DNA of 64,000 nucleotides from an uncultured Candidatus Saccharibacteria bacterium (GCA_964513645.1 CAZENF010000001.1:135303-199302), one strand, 5' to 3'. Counted from the stretch's first letter, positions 26,834 through 37,641 are shown. Translations and numbers: made by a program. Notes: a model not told the origin generated them from the letters alone.

Positions 26834-28120
26834 TTACATTACTGGCAACCCTGACGGCGGCTCACCTTTCTTGGCTTCAACCCTCGGCAATAACGGCGAA
26901 CGGACACCGACATCCGGGAAGTGAAAGATAGTCGCCATTTCTTCGGTATTCAGAGTAAACCTTAGTACCATCGGATTAAAAAGTTTTCTTTCTTTATAGG
27001 CCGAGTAAATCGCTCTTTTCCTGGTTAAAAGTTTGCTTTTCTTGAACAATCCTTTTGCATAAGTAAGGGTATATTTATTCCCTTTGAAGCCGTTCAGATT
27101 TTGAGAAGCGAATTGCCTGAACGACCCGGAGATTCCGGCGGCGTGGGTTGGGTTAAAAGCGTTCTTTGGGCCTAAATATAAAGTCCGAATAACAGTTTCG
27201 TAGCCCAGTTTATCCCAGCTTTTTTCCATTGCCTTTATTATTTCCTGTTTGCCGGGAGTCATCTCAACTCTTTCTTTTTTTTCTTCTTTTCTTTCTACTT
27301 TTGCCCCTTCAACAACTGTCGGAGACGGACCGATGTTTGATATCGCTTTATCTATCGAGAAAACCATGTCACTCAAAAAATCGCCTTTAGGGGTTGGCGT
27401 TTTACCCATGATTTTATCGATCTCGGCCTGGCCACGTTTTATCCAACCGTCACCGACCGGAGCAGCGGTTATCTGGATCCAAATTTTTTCTCCGTTCCTT
27501 AAGGTGCTGAAAAGTTCGGACAAGGAAGCCAGAGGGTCTATTCTTTTTACATCATCCGGTCCAGTCCCCTTTTCTTCAAAATCAGGATAAGTTCTGATAG
27601 GAAAAGCGTCGGGTTTGGAAAGCATCATGTCAGTACCCCAGACATCATAATTGTCATCCGGCAATGAAAGAGGCATTTCGTTAACGTAATCGGGAACAGG
27701 GAAAATTTCGGCCTCAGGGTATTGCGCATAAACCTGGGCTTCAACGATGTTTTTAAATTTTTCGAGGGTCCGAATATAAAAATGAGTCTCTCCGCTGTTG
27801 CCGACCATCTCAAAAGAATAATAATCGAGGTCTTTACCGTAGAAAAACTTATCTTTAAAATCGAGGGGTTTAGAATAAATTCCGTGAAGACCGGCAAACA
27901 CCTGTTCCATCGCCTTCGGACTTTTACGGACTTCCTTAGGGATCTTTATTTCGAGAAGGAGCCATTTTAAACCGACCCGGTACCTAAGATTAGTATAGTT
28001 CCGTATCGCCGCATCGGCCAATAAAAATAAAAAGATGGGCAAATAAACCCACCATAATGAGAGGAGTAGCGATAAGACCGTCTTAAAAGTATTAAATATT
28101 AAAAGAAGCGTATCCAACAA
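26834..28120 (-). CDS. Membrane-anchored partner of the VirD4-like ATPase
   Basis: N-terminal TM; LLEIKIP, YAQYPEAEI, LNTEEMATIFHFP. Confidence 0.7.
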   Translation of the reverse strand: MLDTLLLIFNTFKTVLSLLLSLWWVYLPIFLFLLADAAIRNYTNLRYRVGLKWLLLEIKIPKEVRKSPKAMEQVFAGLHGIYSKPLDFKDKFFYGKDLDYYSFEMVGNSGETHFYIRTLEKFKNIVEAQVYAQYPEAEIFPVPDYVNEMPLSLPDDNYDVWGTDMMLSKPDAFPIRTYPDFEEKGTGPDDVKRIDPLASLSELFSTLRNGEKIWIQITAAPVGDGWIKRGQAEIDKIMGKTPTPKGDFLSDMVFSIDKAISNIGPSPTVVEGAKVERKEEKKERVEMTPGKQEIIKAMEKSWDKLGYETVIRTLYLGPKNAFNPTHAAGISGSFRQFASQNLNGFKGNKYTLTYAKGLFKKSKLLTRKRAIYSAYKERKLFNPMVLRFTLNTEEMATIFHFPDVGVRSPLLPRVEAKKGEPPSGLPVM

Positions 28121-28122
28121 TG

Positions 28123-28204
28123 TAAATCCTAAGCGCTAAATACCAAATCCTAAACATTCGGATTTTGAAACTGTTTAGTATTTCGGATTTCGGATTTAGG
28201 ATTT
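28123..28204. repeat. Heptamer-periodic inverted repeat
   Basis: AAATCCT/AAATACC-like units mirrored by ATTTCGG/ATTTAGG units. Confidence 0.7.
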
Positions 28205-28209
28205 TCTGA

Positions 28210-29247
28210 CTATGCCTTTCTTAAGGCATATGTTCCGTCTTCACGTTTTGAAAAAACTTTCGAATCCTGAAGATTAAGCAAAATAGTGTTCTCTTTGACC
28301 ATGCGGGTATCCAGAACTTTCGCAATCAAGTCGGCTTTGGCCAATGGCTTTGAAGATTTTTTAATTATACCGACGAGGACTTCCTTGACCGTACCCGGCT
28401 GATAGCCCCATTCGGACAATCCGTACATACCGCGCCCAACAAGGACAAAACGATTATCTTTGATAAGTTCGTTGTGAACTGTCTGAATATTGGCTTTCTT
28501 GGCTGAAAATCCTGTCACATTTATAAGTTTAGCAATCTCCGTAAAATGTTTCGGCTGTTTTTCTTTCTTAAGGACCAGATAAGCTTTGTCTCGAACACCT
28601 TTAGGTTTGACTTCGGCCCATTTCAAAAGACCGACTTCTCCGAAAACATTCTTACCAAGCTCTTTGCTGATACCCATCAAAGACATGGTGTCTTTGGAAC
28701 CGTCGGAATTATTTGCTTGGATAAACGAAGCAAGTTCAGCTTCGGAAACAGATCTTGAGTTCTTTTCAAAAGCACGAACCAAGGAGACCATACCGTTCTT
28801 GAAAGATTCGGCAGAATTTTTGTCCGTTGCCCAGAAAGAATGATGAAGTTCGTTATCACCCAATCTGACCGGTTCACCACTTAGAGTGAGGACAAAAACG
28901 AGAGAAGCGTTAACAACATTGTCTTTTTCGTTGCCGCTGAAAGCTTTGAAGAGTTCGCTTTCTTTCATGACACCACCATGGTCAGTAAGTATCTCTTTGG
29001 CCAATGAGACATATTTGGTCATTTCAGGCAAAGAGTTCGCCACTTTGGATAGTTGGGCAACCGAGAATTCTTCTATTTGTCTGACTCTTTCTCGGGTAAT
29101 CCCATAACTCTGGCCGATTGATTCGAGAGTTTCTTTTTTGCCTGTTTTCAAGCCAAAACGCCTGGAAATTATGTCCTTGTTACGGGTAGATACGTTCTTC
29201 AGTAACGAAGCTACTGTCTTAGTTATTGCTGATGTTTGGCTTGCCAT
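28210..29247 (-). CDS. Sigma70 region-4 HTH plus winged-HTH (RNAP delta/HARE-HTH-like) protein
   Basis: RRFGL...TLESIGQSYGITRERVRQIE; TVHNELIKDNRFVLVGRGMYGLSEW. Confidence 0.8.
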   Translation of the reverse strand: MASQTSAITKTVASLLKNVSTRNKDIISRRFGLKTGKKETLESIGQSYGITRERVRQIEEFSVAQLSKVANSLPEMTKYVSLAKEILTDHGGVMKESELFKAFSGNEKDNVVNASLVFVLTLSGEPVRLGDNELHHSFWATDKNSAESFKNGMVSLVRAFEKNSRSVSEAELASFIQANNSDGSKDTMSLMGISKELGKNVFGEVGLLKWAEVKPKGVRDKAYLVLKKEKQPKHFTEIAKLINVTGFSAKKANIQTVHNELIKDNRFVLVGRGMYGLSEWGYQPGTVKEVLVGIIKKSSKPLAKADLIAKVLDTRMVKENTILLNLQDSKVFSKREDGTYALRKA

Positions 29248-29327
29248 TATTTATAGCTATTATATCCTCCTATACAATAGCATTAATGTTAATTGGGGTC
29301 AAGTGTTGATAATTTATAAGGGTTACT

Positions 29328-30245
29328 TTAGCGCTTACTTCTGTCACTATGGCCTTTTGAGAACATCTGAGACCACCAGACCAGTATCGGGGAGGCCACG
29401 AATATGGATGAATAAGCTCCTAAGAAAATACCGATTATAAGGGCCAAAGTGAAATATTTTAAGCTGTCGCCGCCAAATAAGTATATTGCTATCAATGACA
29501 ACAGGACGGTGAAGGTCGTATTTAATGACCGGGTCAGGGTTTGCAGAATACTCTGGTGGACTATCGTTCCGAAACCGTCTCTCGCTCTTGTTCTTATAAC
29601 ATTTTCCCTTACCCTGTCAAATATGACTACTGTATCTGAAACAGAATATCCAAGGATTGTCAACAGAGCGGCAACAAAAACCGCTCCGATCTCAACATGG
29701 TAGTAGCGGCCGAGGAGAGAAAATACGCCAACCGGAATTACGATATCGTGGAACAAAGCCGCGATCGCCGCCATACCCATCGCCCACGGTGAAAGGACCA
29801 GGGCCATTTTCCTGAAGACAAAAGCAATGTAAACCATTACCAAAAGAAGGACTAAAATTATCGCAGTGATGCTGTTTGACTTAAGTTCCTGGCCGATTAC
29901 CGGCCCGATCGAATTAAACTGTTTCTCGGTAATATTGGCCGAAACAAAATCGGATTTAAGGGTTGCTAAAACTTTCTGATGGATATCTTCTTGAAGTTCT
30001 CCTGATTTAATGATCAGTCCGTTGTCGCCGACAAGGGTGAATTCGAATTCGGTCGTTCCGAATTTACCGTCAAGAGATTTGTGAAGCTGGTCAACAGACG
30101 GACGACCGCCGGGAAAATCAAGTTCGAGACTTGAACCGCCTTTAAAATCAACGCCCAAATTAAGACCCCAGGTCAAAAAAGCGATTAGAGCCGCGATGGT
30201 CAGCGTTGCCGAGAAAAAAAACATAAATATGTAAGTCTTCCTCAT
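29328..30245 (-). CDS. secF: Protein translocase subunit SecF
   Basis: LGVDFKGG, IGPVIG, GYSVSDTVVIFDRVRE. Confidence 0.95.
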   Translation of the reverse strand: MRKTYIFMFFFSATLTIAALIAFLTWGLNLGVDFKGGSSLELDFPGGRPSVDQLHKSLDGKFGTTEFEFTLVGDNGLIIKSGELQEDIHQKVLATLKSDFVSANITEKQFNSIGPVIGQELKSNSITAIILVLLLVMVYIAFVFRKMALVLSPWAMGMAAIAALFHDIVIPVGVFSLLGRYYHVEIGAVFVAALLTILGYSVSDTVVIFDRVRENVIRTRARDGFGTIVHQSILQTLTRSLNTTFTVLLSLIAIYLFGGDSLKYFTLALIIGIFLGAYSSIFVASPILVWWSQMFSKGHSDRSKR

Positions 30246-30254
30246 AATGTAAAT

Positions 30255-31628
30255 TTATCTAAATAGCCACTTTTTACTTTCAAACCATTGTCCTGTGAAA
30301 AGGACAAGAAAAGCCCGGGTCACGGAAATAGCGGTGAACAAACTGGTCAGAACTCCAATACCAAGCGTTAAAGCAAAACCTTTCACGATCGAGGTCGTGA
30401 AAGCATAAAGCACTATCGCGCCGATAAGAGTTGTAACGTGGCTGTCGCGGATGGATAACCAGGCCCGCGAAAAACCTTCTTTAGTCGAACCAGTCAAACC
30501 CTTACCTGCGGCAAGCTCTTCTTTCATTCTGGCAAAAATAAGAATGTTGGCATCCACGGCCATACCCAAAGACAGTATGAAACCTGCGATACCGGCCAAA
30601 GATAATGTCACAGGAATAACTTTATAGACCGACAAAACAATCAGGACGTAGATTATCAAAGCAACCACCGAAATAATTCCAGGCAGCCGGTAAAAAACTA
30701 TCATGAAAAGTCCGACGAGGATCAGGCCGTAAATTCCGGCTTTCAAACTTTTAGCAAGTGATTCCTGCCCGAGAGAAGCACCTATCGTCTGCTGTGAAAT
30801 GAGTTTTATCGGCACGGGTAAGGCGCCGGAATTCAAACGGGTTGAAAGAAGTTTGGCCTCATCCGGGGTAAATTTTCCTGAAATAACGGCATTGCCGGAA
30901 GTGATGACGCTTTGGACGGTCGGGACACTTATCGGCACCCCGTCCAAATATATCGCAACCGGTTTGCCAAGGTTTCTCTTGGTAATATCGGCGAAAAGTT
31001 TTGCTCCTTCATCGTTAAGCTGCAAACTGACCTGCGGCTCACCCGTCTTAGGGTCAAAAATAAGTTCGGCTTTTTTAAGATGTTTCCCATTCAGACCTGT
31101 TGAAACAAAAACCTGGTCGTTAAGCTGAAGCTGGTCAAGTTGGGTCGCCTTCCCGGCGGCCTGTTTTTTATTGAAATCGTCTATCAACTGCTGGGCATTC
31201 GGAGCCTGCTCTTTGAACTCGAGAAAGGGCGTCTCACCTATTAATTTTATTGCCTGATTAACATCACTCACTCCGGCTAATTCAACTATCAGACGATCTT
31301 TGCCGGAAACCTGAACCAAAGGTTCAGAAACTCCGAAGTAATTTACCCTCCGCTCAATGACATCCCTAATACCTTGCATCGCATCGGCCTGGTTGGCTGA
31401 ATCAACCTTTGAAAGATCGGCTTGGTATAAAAGATGTGTCCCGCCTAAGAGGTCGAGGCCCAAAACGAAAGGTTTGTTATAAAAATGAGGTAATTTAAAA
31501 TGAGCCAATTTTGATAGCCGGTTATTGAATACATCCGCGCCCTTATTGACCGCCTGCGGCCAAACAAAAGCGAACAAAAAAACAGAAACGAGAAGAATGG
31601 CAATTAAGAAATAGGTATTTTTATTCAT
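30255..31628 (-). CDS. secD: Protein translocase subunit SecD
   Basis: LGLDLLGG, RRVNYFGVSEP, SGALPVP, GMAVDANILI. Confidence 0.95.
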   Translation of the reverse strand: MNKNTYFLIAILLVSVFLFAFVWPQAVNKGADVFNNRLSKLAHFKLPHFYNKPFVLGLDLLGGTHLLYQADLSKVDSANQADAMQGIRDVIERRVNYFGVSEPLVQVSGKDRLIVELAGVSDVNQAIKLIGETPFLEFKEQAPNAQQLIDDFNKKQAAGKATQLDQLQLNDQVFVSTGLNGKHLKKAELIFDPKTGEPQVSLQLNDEGAKLFADITKRNLGKPVAIYLDGVPISVPTVQSVITSGNAVISGKFTPDEAKLLSTRLNSGALPVPIKLISQQTIGASLGQESLAKSLKAGIYGLILVGLFMIVFYRLPGIISVVALIIYVLIVLSVYKVIPVTLSLAGIAGFILSLGMAVDANILIFARMKEELAAGKGLTGSTKEGFSRAWLSIRDSHVTTLIGAIVLYAFTTSIVKGFALTLGIGVLTSLFTAISVTRAFLVLFTGQWFESKKWLFR

Positions 31629-31763
31629 TCGAGGATTGCTCTCAAAAATACTTTGAGAATTAAAACATAATCAAAAATAAAAAGCAAGAACATAATAAAA
31701 ATAAAAAGCTCCGGCAGGGATCAGTGTGGAATTTCCACACGGATCCAACCGGAGCGGACTGAA

Positions 31764-32288
31764 CTACTTCCGAGGCCTGACCGCCGGTGCCGGAAGTTCG
31801 AGCCAATTTAACAGAACTCCTGGATCACCTTTCTTGACGTCCTGCCAGACACGAGATTTCGTGTCCTGGAGTTCGTCGAGCTTGTCCTCGAAACAGTTGC
31901 GAAGAGCTCGCTGTGCGGCGACCTTCTTCTCTGTCGAAAATCTCCGCGTCATCAGAGTCGCAACCGGTGCCAAGGTGTCGATCGGCGCGCTCGTGATACC
32001 CGGATAATTGACCTTGGATTTTCGGTAGACATTCCCGACCTTGGTCGCCACCGGATCGTATATCGGCAGAAGCTTGTAATTGCCCTTGTTCGGCAAACCA
32101 GCGATATTCGGCAATGGCTGCGCGCCGACGAATACTGCCGCGGCAACATCACCATTGTCCAAAGCAGGAATGACTTCTTTGCCACTATTGTAAGAAGTGA
32201 CAATCACCCCCGCATCGCCTGTACCGTTCAGAACTTGAAGCGTCAGAACTCCGCCGCCGGCTGCGCCGACCACCGGTCGTCCTGCCAC
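31764..32288 (-). pseudogene. C-terminal half of a TAXI/NMT1-like solute-binding protein, 5'-truncated
   Basis: VGAAGGG..T, GDVAAAVFVGAQP, DTLAPVATLMT; no signal peptide or N-lobe. Confidence 0.55.
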
Positions 32289-32740
32289 ACCTCCCTGTTC
32301 AAGGAAAATGTAATAGAACGCTCAATACCCTCCGCTACAGTAACCGCATAGCGGCGTCGGCCAGAGGTGATGTTTGTCACCTTTGCCACGATAAACGTGG
32401 CGGGCGGGACGTATCCGTTCTTCACGGACTCCCCTCCTTTCTGGTCTGGCCTGTTCCAAACACAACTCACCTTTCAGCAACCTCCTTTCATGACAGTTGT
32501 TAACGAGCTTTGACTAAACGGCAATATATTAACACTAAAAATTAATTGAGTCAAATGAAATTTAAAACTCCGCCTTAGCGGAGTTTTGGAATAGAATATC
32601 ATTTTTTAGAGTTGTCAGAGAACGGCCAACAGTTAAGCTATGGCAAGATAATAATACATTAAATGACAATTGTCAATAACCCGGACCCAATTAAAAAGAC
32701 CGTGTTGTCCGGTCTTTTTAATTTAAAATTTTCGCAATAT

Positions 32741-34369
32741 TTATCTTGCAACAACCATCGGATGACTGCCGATAATAAAGTTAACGATAGCCGCCCCGAG
32801 ACGAAGGAAAGGGTTGGATGAGGTCGGTGATGGAGGTGGAGGCAATGGAGGCTTAGGCGGCGGAGTTCCAGTAAAAGTACCGGGGCCTTCCTGGTGAGGC
32901 ATATTTGTTCCCGGACTGACCGAAGGTCTGACACAGGTGTGATTATCCGAATTCCACTGGCCGCCTAACTGGACGCATTTATCCGCATAACTTGAACACT
33001 GGCTGCCGTCCCAATAGTAGTACGGCTGACAGGCAGGCCTTGTCGGCATAGCTTCTCCGGGACTGGTTCCAGGCATTCCATGTTCCGACATCCCCTGCCC
33101 GGGCATCGGTGAACCGTTCAGACCTTGAGATTGTTCAAAACATTTTTTAACAACGGCTATCACATCGGGACTCAAATCCTTTGTATTCGGCGGAGTGTCT
33201 CCCGAGAAAAAGCTATAATTAGTCTCGCTCAAGTTTTCTTTAAGACATGAGAGTATCTGGGGCGGGAGTTTCATCGGATGAGGCGAACCCTGCGGATTAC
33301 CCTGGCCATTGGTCTGACCACCGCTCTGGCCTTGGAAACATTCTTTGGCTTTAGAGGTTGTCGTGCCGCTGGGCAGCAATTGACCGTTCTCAAGTTTGGT
33401 GATCGTGTCATCGCCAAGTTTCTGTTTTAAGCAGTTGAGAGTTTGGGGTGGCAAGTTTTGAAGTTTTTGTTTGACCTGGTCTGAATTTGATTTTATATCT
33501 TCGATAGTTTTCTTCGGAATAAGATTGTGTTCCTGGGCGAACTTGAGACAGGTATCGTGATTGGCGGCATCGTTGCAAAAAGCCGAGCACTCTTCTCTGC
33601 TCTTACACCCGCCCGGACCTTCACCTTTTGTTTCCTTAAAATCTCCGGCCTGATCTTTGGTCACAACTCCGAGCTTAAGTAAGAAATCAGCGCACTCCGT
33701 CGAATGAGAAGAATCGGAACAATATTGATGGCAATCTTGAGTTGTTTTGCACCCTCCGGGTGTCTGGCCGGACTGAACCAGTGAAAGAAATTTGGCTACC
33801 TTATCCGACTGGTCTTTGGGAATTAAATTATGTTCCTTTGCAAAAGAAAGGCATTCGTCCTGATGAGACGGGTCAGAACAGTATTGCCGACAAGTATCTT
33901 TACTTGAACAGCCGCCAGGACCGGTAGTCTCTTGTAAGGTGGAGTTAATTTTTGAATCAGCACTCGGAGTCTGTGGGGGTTTGGTCAGACCGTGAGCTTG
34001 GGCAAAGGTCTTACATTCTGATTGATTGTCAGGATTCTGGCAGTAAGTCCGACAGGAATCAAAACTGTCACAGCCGCCGGGACCGCCGCCGTTTTTTATG
34101 GCTTGAGCAAGATTACTAGCAGTTCCGCTATCACCGTTATTCGTTTTGGGAGTTAAATTGTGAGCCTGGGCAAAGGCCTGACAGGCAGGAATATTGTTAG
34201 GATCGTTGCAATACTGCCGGCAGGAATCCTTATCCTGACAATTTCCAAGCTCGGCTATCGGAAAAGTAATATTGGCGGTGGTCGCGGCAAAGACCACAAC
34301 CGCGAACAAGCCGCTTATGACCGAGGTAGCGATGATGAGTTTCTTATTCAAATGGGTTTTGATAAGCAT
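32741..34369 (-). CDS. Secreted cysteine-rich repeat protein
   Basis: Signal peptide; five G(P)GGC/GNC-x4-C-x3-C-x7-C-x2-F repeats; Pro-rich tail. Confidence 0.8.
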   Translation of the reverse strand: MLIKTHLNKKLIIATSVISGLFAVVVFAATTANITFPIAELGNCQDKDSCRQYCNDPNNIPACQAFAQAHNLTPKTNNGDSGTASNLAQAIKNGGGPGGCDSFDSCRTYCQNPDNQSECKTFAQAHGLTKPPQTPSADSKINSTLQETTGPGGCSSKDTCRQYCSDPSHQDECLSFAKEHNLIPKDQSDKVAKFLSLVQSGQTPGGCKTTQDCHQYCSDSSHSTECADFLLKLGVVTKDQAGDFKETKGEGPGGCKSREECSAFCNDAANHDTCLKFAQEHNLIPKKTIEDIKSNSDQVKQKLQNLPPQTLNCLKQKLGDDTITKLENGQLLPSGTTTSKAKECFQGQSGGQTNGQGNPQGSPHPMKLPPQILSCLKENLSETNYSFFSGDTPPNTKDLSPDVIAVVKKCFEQSQGLNGSPMPGQGMSEHGMPGTSPGEAMPTRPACQPYYYWDGSQCSSYADKCVQLGGQWNSDNHTCVRPSVSPGTNMPHQEGPGTFTGTPPPKPPLPPPPSPTSSNPFLRLGAAIVNFIIGSHPMVVAR

Positions 34370-34631
34370 CTGAAATAGGGTTCGTTGACGTATTGAAAGG
34401 ATTGGTCTGGGGAATACTATTGGTCGGGGAAGAGGCCTTGTCGTAAATATCGGCCCCTACGCCTGAATTCACGGATTGGGGCAAAGGGGTCGCCTGGGAC
34501 ACGGTAGAAACAACAGGTTGTGCGGTTTTTAAAACGCCGGCTTCAAAACGGATATAAACAACTATTACAAGCAGCACGGCAAAAACGCTTAGGGCAATAA
34601 TGAATTGATTTTTCTCCGAGATCGGGGGCAT
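34344..34631 (-). CDS. Small membrane-anchored protein
   Basis: N-terminal TM; NPF repeats at the C-terminus. Confidence 0.65.
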   Translation of the reverse strand: MPPISEKNQFIIALSVFAVLLVIVVYIRFEAGVLKTAQPVVSTVSQATPLPQSVNSGVGADIYDKASSPTNSIPQTNPFNTSTNPISDAYQNPFE

Positions 34632-34683
34632 CAGTTACTATTATAACTCCCCGATGAACAACAGAAAAGAATATCTGTTGATA

Positions 34684-36126
34684 TTATCCGTCTAAACTTT
34701 CTTTTTCCCTGCCTTTAGCGGGCTTTTGATGTTCGAGCCATTCCTTTATAAGCATTGTTGCCCTGACATCATCTTCATTATACTTAAGTATTTTTTTCAT
34801 TATCGAGTCATCTTTTTTCTCAAGCCATTCATTATACCAGACGACCGATTCTGCTCCACCGGCTTCAGGGTCATTCCATTTGTAGCCGAGATACCCGGCT
34901 ACATCTTTTAAGCTGTAAAAATATAAAGGCAAGACGGCAGAATCAACTACTTGAGCATGAAGATCGATGGTATTGTCATGAAATTTATCCATTAAGGATG
35001 CCGGCGCACCATAACGGAGCGACAAGCGGTCAAAAACCTGCCTTTCATAATAGGCATAGTGGTAGATGACAAAATCATCAAGTCCGGCCAGGAAATCAAG
35101 AAATTTTTGCCATATTTTTTCCTCGTCTTTTTTTTCATTCGCTAGCAAATATTCATACTTTGCCTGACCACCGGTTTTAACAAGATAGCCCAACAGATAA
35201 TCAATATCGCGGGTTGGATCTGACTCGATATCGAAATATATCTCATGTTTAACCGTTGGCAAAACGCTTTTTCTCAATATCAACGGCTGCTGGGAAAGCA
35301 GGACCCTCGCCTGATTCGACATTCTGATGATTTTATCAAAAGGCCAGTCTTCGAGTTTTGACTGAAGCTCATTCACATCCGAGTTTGCAAGGTCAGAAAC
35401 GGTTTTAATTCCGATGCCATAGAATCTTCTTTGGTCGGCCTGACTTAAACGGTAAATGAGCGAGACATCGTCGCAATCTTTGGCGTCAGAGAAACACAGG
35501 GAATACCATGGGGTTTTTTTACAGGTTGATTTAATGAAAGGCGCCGGTTTTTCCCCGTCGAGGATCTTTTCTATTTGAAGACGGGTCAAATGGAATTGAT
35601 CGATAAAATCATCAACCTTGAACGAACGTTCGTTGCCTTGAGCGTCCATAACATATGCCTCCTTGGGCCTGACCCCCTGAAGACGCTCGAGCATCAAACT
35701 ATAAAAAATAAGTTGGAATTTATATTCGTCCCGCAGATCAAGAGTTGATTGAACATCATAGACAACATAATGCCAGTCACCTAAATTGGACTTACCCGGC
35801 CGGGCTTCCAATAAGTCAGGAATCCCCGCCCAGTCTTCCGACATCAGAACGCCGTGATAAATATTCTTGCCTTGTTTCATCAATTCAAGAGTGGCCAAAA
35901 AACCTTCTTCGAGGTCCTTTAAAAGTTCGGGTTTTATTTCTTCGAATCTTTTATGTTCTCTCAACGAACCGGCCGAATCGGAGGATTTGCCTTTATAGAT
36001 AAGCTCCATTATCGCCGGAGTTTTTTTCCTTTTGGTGGCATCAGCGTAAATGTCGTACCAAATCCAATGCGGGCATTGGAAAAATTTATAAAAATGTTCG
36101 GCGTAGAGTTTGGGCGCAGTTGGCAT
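34684..36126 (-). CDS. TM0106-family RecB-like nuclease with C-terminal RNase H-like domain
   Basis: GIPDLL, QLIFY, YFDIESDP, YSLKDVA, YNEDDVRAT; start placed at MPTAP. Confidence 0.85.
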   Translation of the reverse strand: MPTAPKLYAEHFYKFFQCPHWIWYDIYADATKRKKTPAIMELIYKGKSSDSAGSLREHKRFEEIKPELLKDLEEGFLATLELMKQGKNIYHGVLMSEDWAGIPDLLEARPGKSNLGDWHYVVYDVQSTLDLRDEYKFQLIFYSLMLERLQGVRPKEAYVMDAQGNERSFKVDDFIDQFHLTRLQIEKILDGEKPAPFIKSTCKKTPWYSLCFSDAKDCDDVSLIYRLSQADQRRFYGIGIKTVSDLANSDVNELQSKLEDWPFDKIIRMSNQARVLLSQQPLILRKSVLPTVKHEIYFDIESDPTRDIDYLLGYLVKTGGQAKYEYLLANEKKDEEKIWQKFLDFLAGLDDFVIYHYAYYERQVFDRLSLRYGAPASLMDKFHDNTIDLHAQVVDSAVLPLYFYSLKDVAGYLGYKWNDPEAGGAESVVWYNEWLEKKDDSIMKKILKYNEDDVRATMLIKEWLEHQKPAKGREKESLDG

Positions 36127-36128
36127 AA

Positions 36129-36854
36129 TTATATATTGAGGTCTTGTATAACCTGAAAACGCGAAGCCATATCCACGTAGTGACAATGGTCGCAGTGGCC
36201 CTTTTTTGGTTTGTCGATAGGCGCTTTTTCAGAGCGGGCTATTTCAACCGCTCTGGTAAAAGCTTCGCCGACCCAGTCTGTGTTGACCACGACCGGCCGG
36301 ACATCTTCCTTAAACTTAAGAGCATTGGCAAAACCATCCTCGCCTTCTTTGATGACCTGATAAAAAACAAAGAACGCTTCAGGATAAGTCTGATGCCCTT
36401 TCTGTTTCAGAATATAATTGTAAACTTCCATCTGCCGGCGATAGTCTTCGTAAATGGTAATTTCTTTTGAACCGGAGGATTTGTAATCGATGACCGCCAA
36501 AGAACCGTCATCAAATTCGAGAATATCGTCCACCGCACCGTAAAGTGTTGCGTTCAAATGCTCGTCATAATAAGCTACGCCTTTGAAATTATTCCTCCAT
36601 TCGGATAATTCCGGTCCGGTAAACAACTTAGCGTCCTTGATGCCGAATTTTTTCAAAACCGGCGGCAAAGTGCCTTCATTGCGGTATTTGTCGAATTCTT
36701 TTTTAACCAGGAAATCCACCGCGGCAGATAAAGTATAGGGATAGCCGGGCGGACGTTTTATCTTATGATGGAGGTCAAGCCAAAAACATCTCGGGCATTC
36801 GAGAAAAAGATTAAGCCCGCTCCGTGAAATTTTTATTGTACCTAAATTACTCAC
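36129..36854 (-). CDS. PD-(D/E)XK RecB/Cas4-like nuclease
   Basis: ECPRCF, GAVDD, VIDYKS, QMEVY, CDHC. Confidence 0.85.
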   Translation of the reverse strand: MSNLGTIKISRSGLNLFLECPRCFWLDLHHKIKRPPGYPYTLSAAVDFLVKKEFDKYRNEGTLPPVLKKFGIKDAKLFTGPELSEWRNNFKGVAYYDEHLNATLYGAVDDILEFDDGSLAVIDYKSSGSKEITIYEDYRRQMEVYNYILKQKGHQTYPEAFFVFYQVIKEGEDGFANALKFKEDVRPVVVNTDWVGEAFTRAVEIARSEKAPIDKPKKGHCDHCHYVDMASRFQVIQDLNI

Positions 36855-36915
36855 TAAGTTATTCTACACCATTAACATTAAAAAACAAAAACCCGCATTT
36901 AAGCGGGTCTATTAA

Positions 36916-37641
36916 TTACTTCTTCAATCTCTGTCTTAATTTCTGCCAATTACCGTCAAATATTTCATCAGCTAATCCCCAACTGACCGTATCCCGTGGG
37001 CTCAAATAGACGTCTTCTTTTTTATCCATCTGGCTTTGGAGAATTTCTTTTATATATCTCTTGGGCTTTTTTGAATAAATACCCTTTTCCTTCATTCGGC
37101 TTGCATATATCTCGAGCATGTTTGGATTATCCCTTTCCGCCCATTTCATAGTTGAATGGGAAGTTTTCCACGTTCCAGAAACAGCGATCGTACCTTCGTG
37201 AAACATAAAACTGCTGTTGGGCATCATCACACGCTTGTTGGCGGCCTGAAAAATTATTGAGCTCATTGAACGGGCATGAGTATAGTTAAGAATAACGATC
37301 GGATTTTGGGCAAAACGTATCGTATCATATATCGCCATGCCCTCACTCCAATCTCCACCATCCGTTTTCATATGAATAAGGATAGGGCGCTTAGAGTCAA
37401 TATCCGCAAGTATATGCAGATTCTTTATCAAGCGCGCACTCATCTGATATTCGACACCTGGCTCTTCACGATTATCCCATTCGTCATCAGCATCGTATTC
37501 CATTTTTTCCCCGGTCAAATATATCGCAAACTGTCGGACATCAAGATTCCACTCCTGGACTGCGTAGATAGATTCGTGCATTTCTGTGCCGAACATTCGG
37601 GACTTAAACGATTTTCGGCTTTGAGACATTCGGTAACTCAA
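36916..37641 (-). CDS. Divergent ClpP-family (S14) protease
   Basis: GGD..EGMAIYD, ARSMSS (Ser), MFHEG (His), WGLADEI. Confidence 0.8.
   Translation of the reverse strand: MSYRMSQSRKSFKSRMFGTEMHESIYAVQEWNLDVRQFAIYLTGEKMEYDADDEWDNREEPGVEYQMSARLIKNLHILADIDSKRPILIHMKTDGGDWSEGMAIYDTIRFAQNPIVILNYTHARSMSSIIFQAANKRVMMPNSSFMFHEGTIAVSGTWKTSHSTMKWAERDNPNMLEIYASRMKEKGIYSKKPKRYIKEILQSQMDKKEDVYLSPRDTVSWGLADEIFDGNWQKLRQRLKK

Noticed and set aside
25049-28120. VirD4-like ATPase pair as a conjugative element
   Set aside because: No relaxase, VirB genes or boundaries nearby; it sits among core genes, and such pairs are common in CPR chromosomes.
34684-36854. Cas4-like and TM0106 nucleases as a CRISPR-Cas locus
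   Set aside because: No repeat-spacer array, cas1 or cas2 is visible; both families commonly stand alone.
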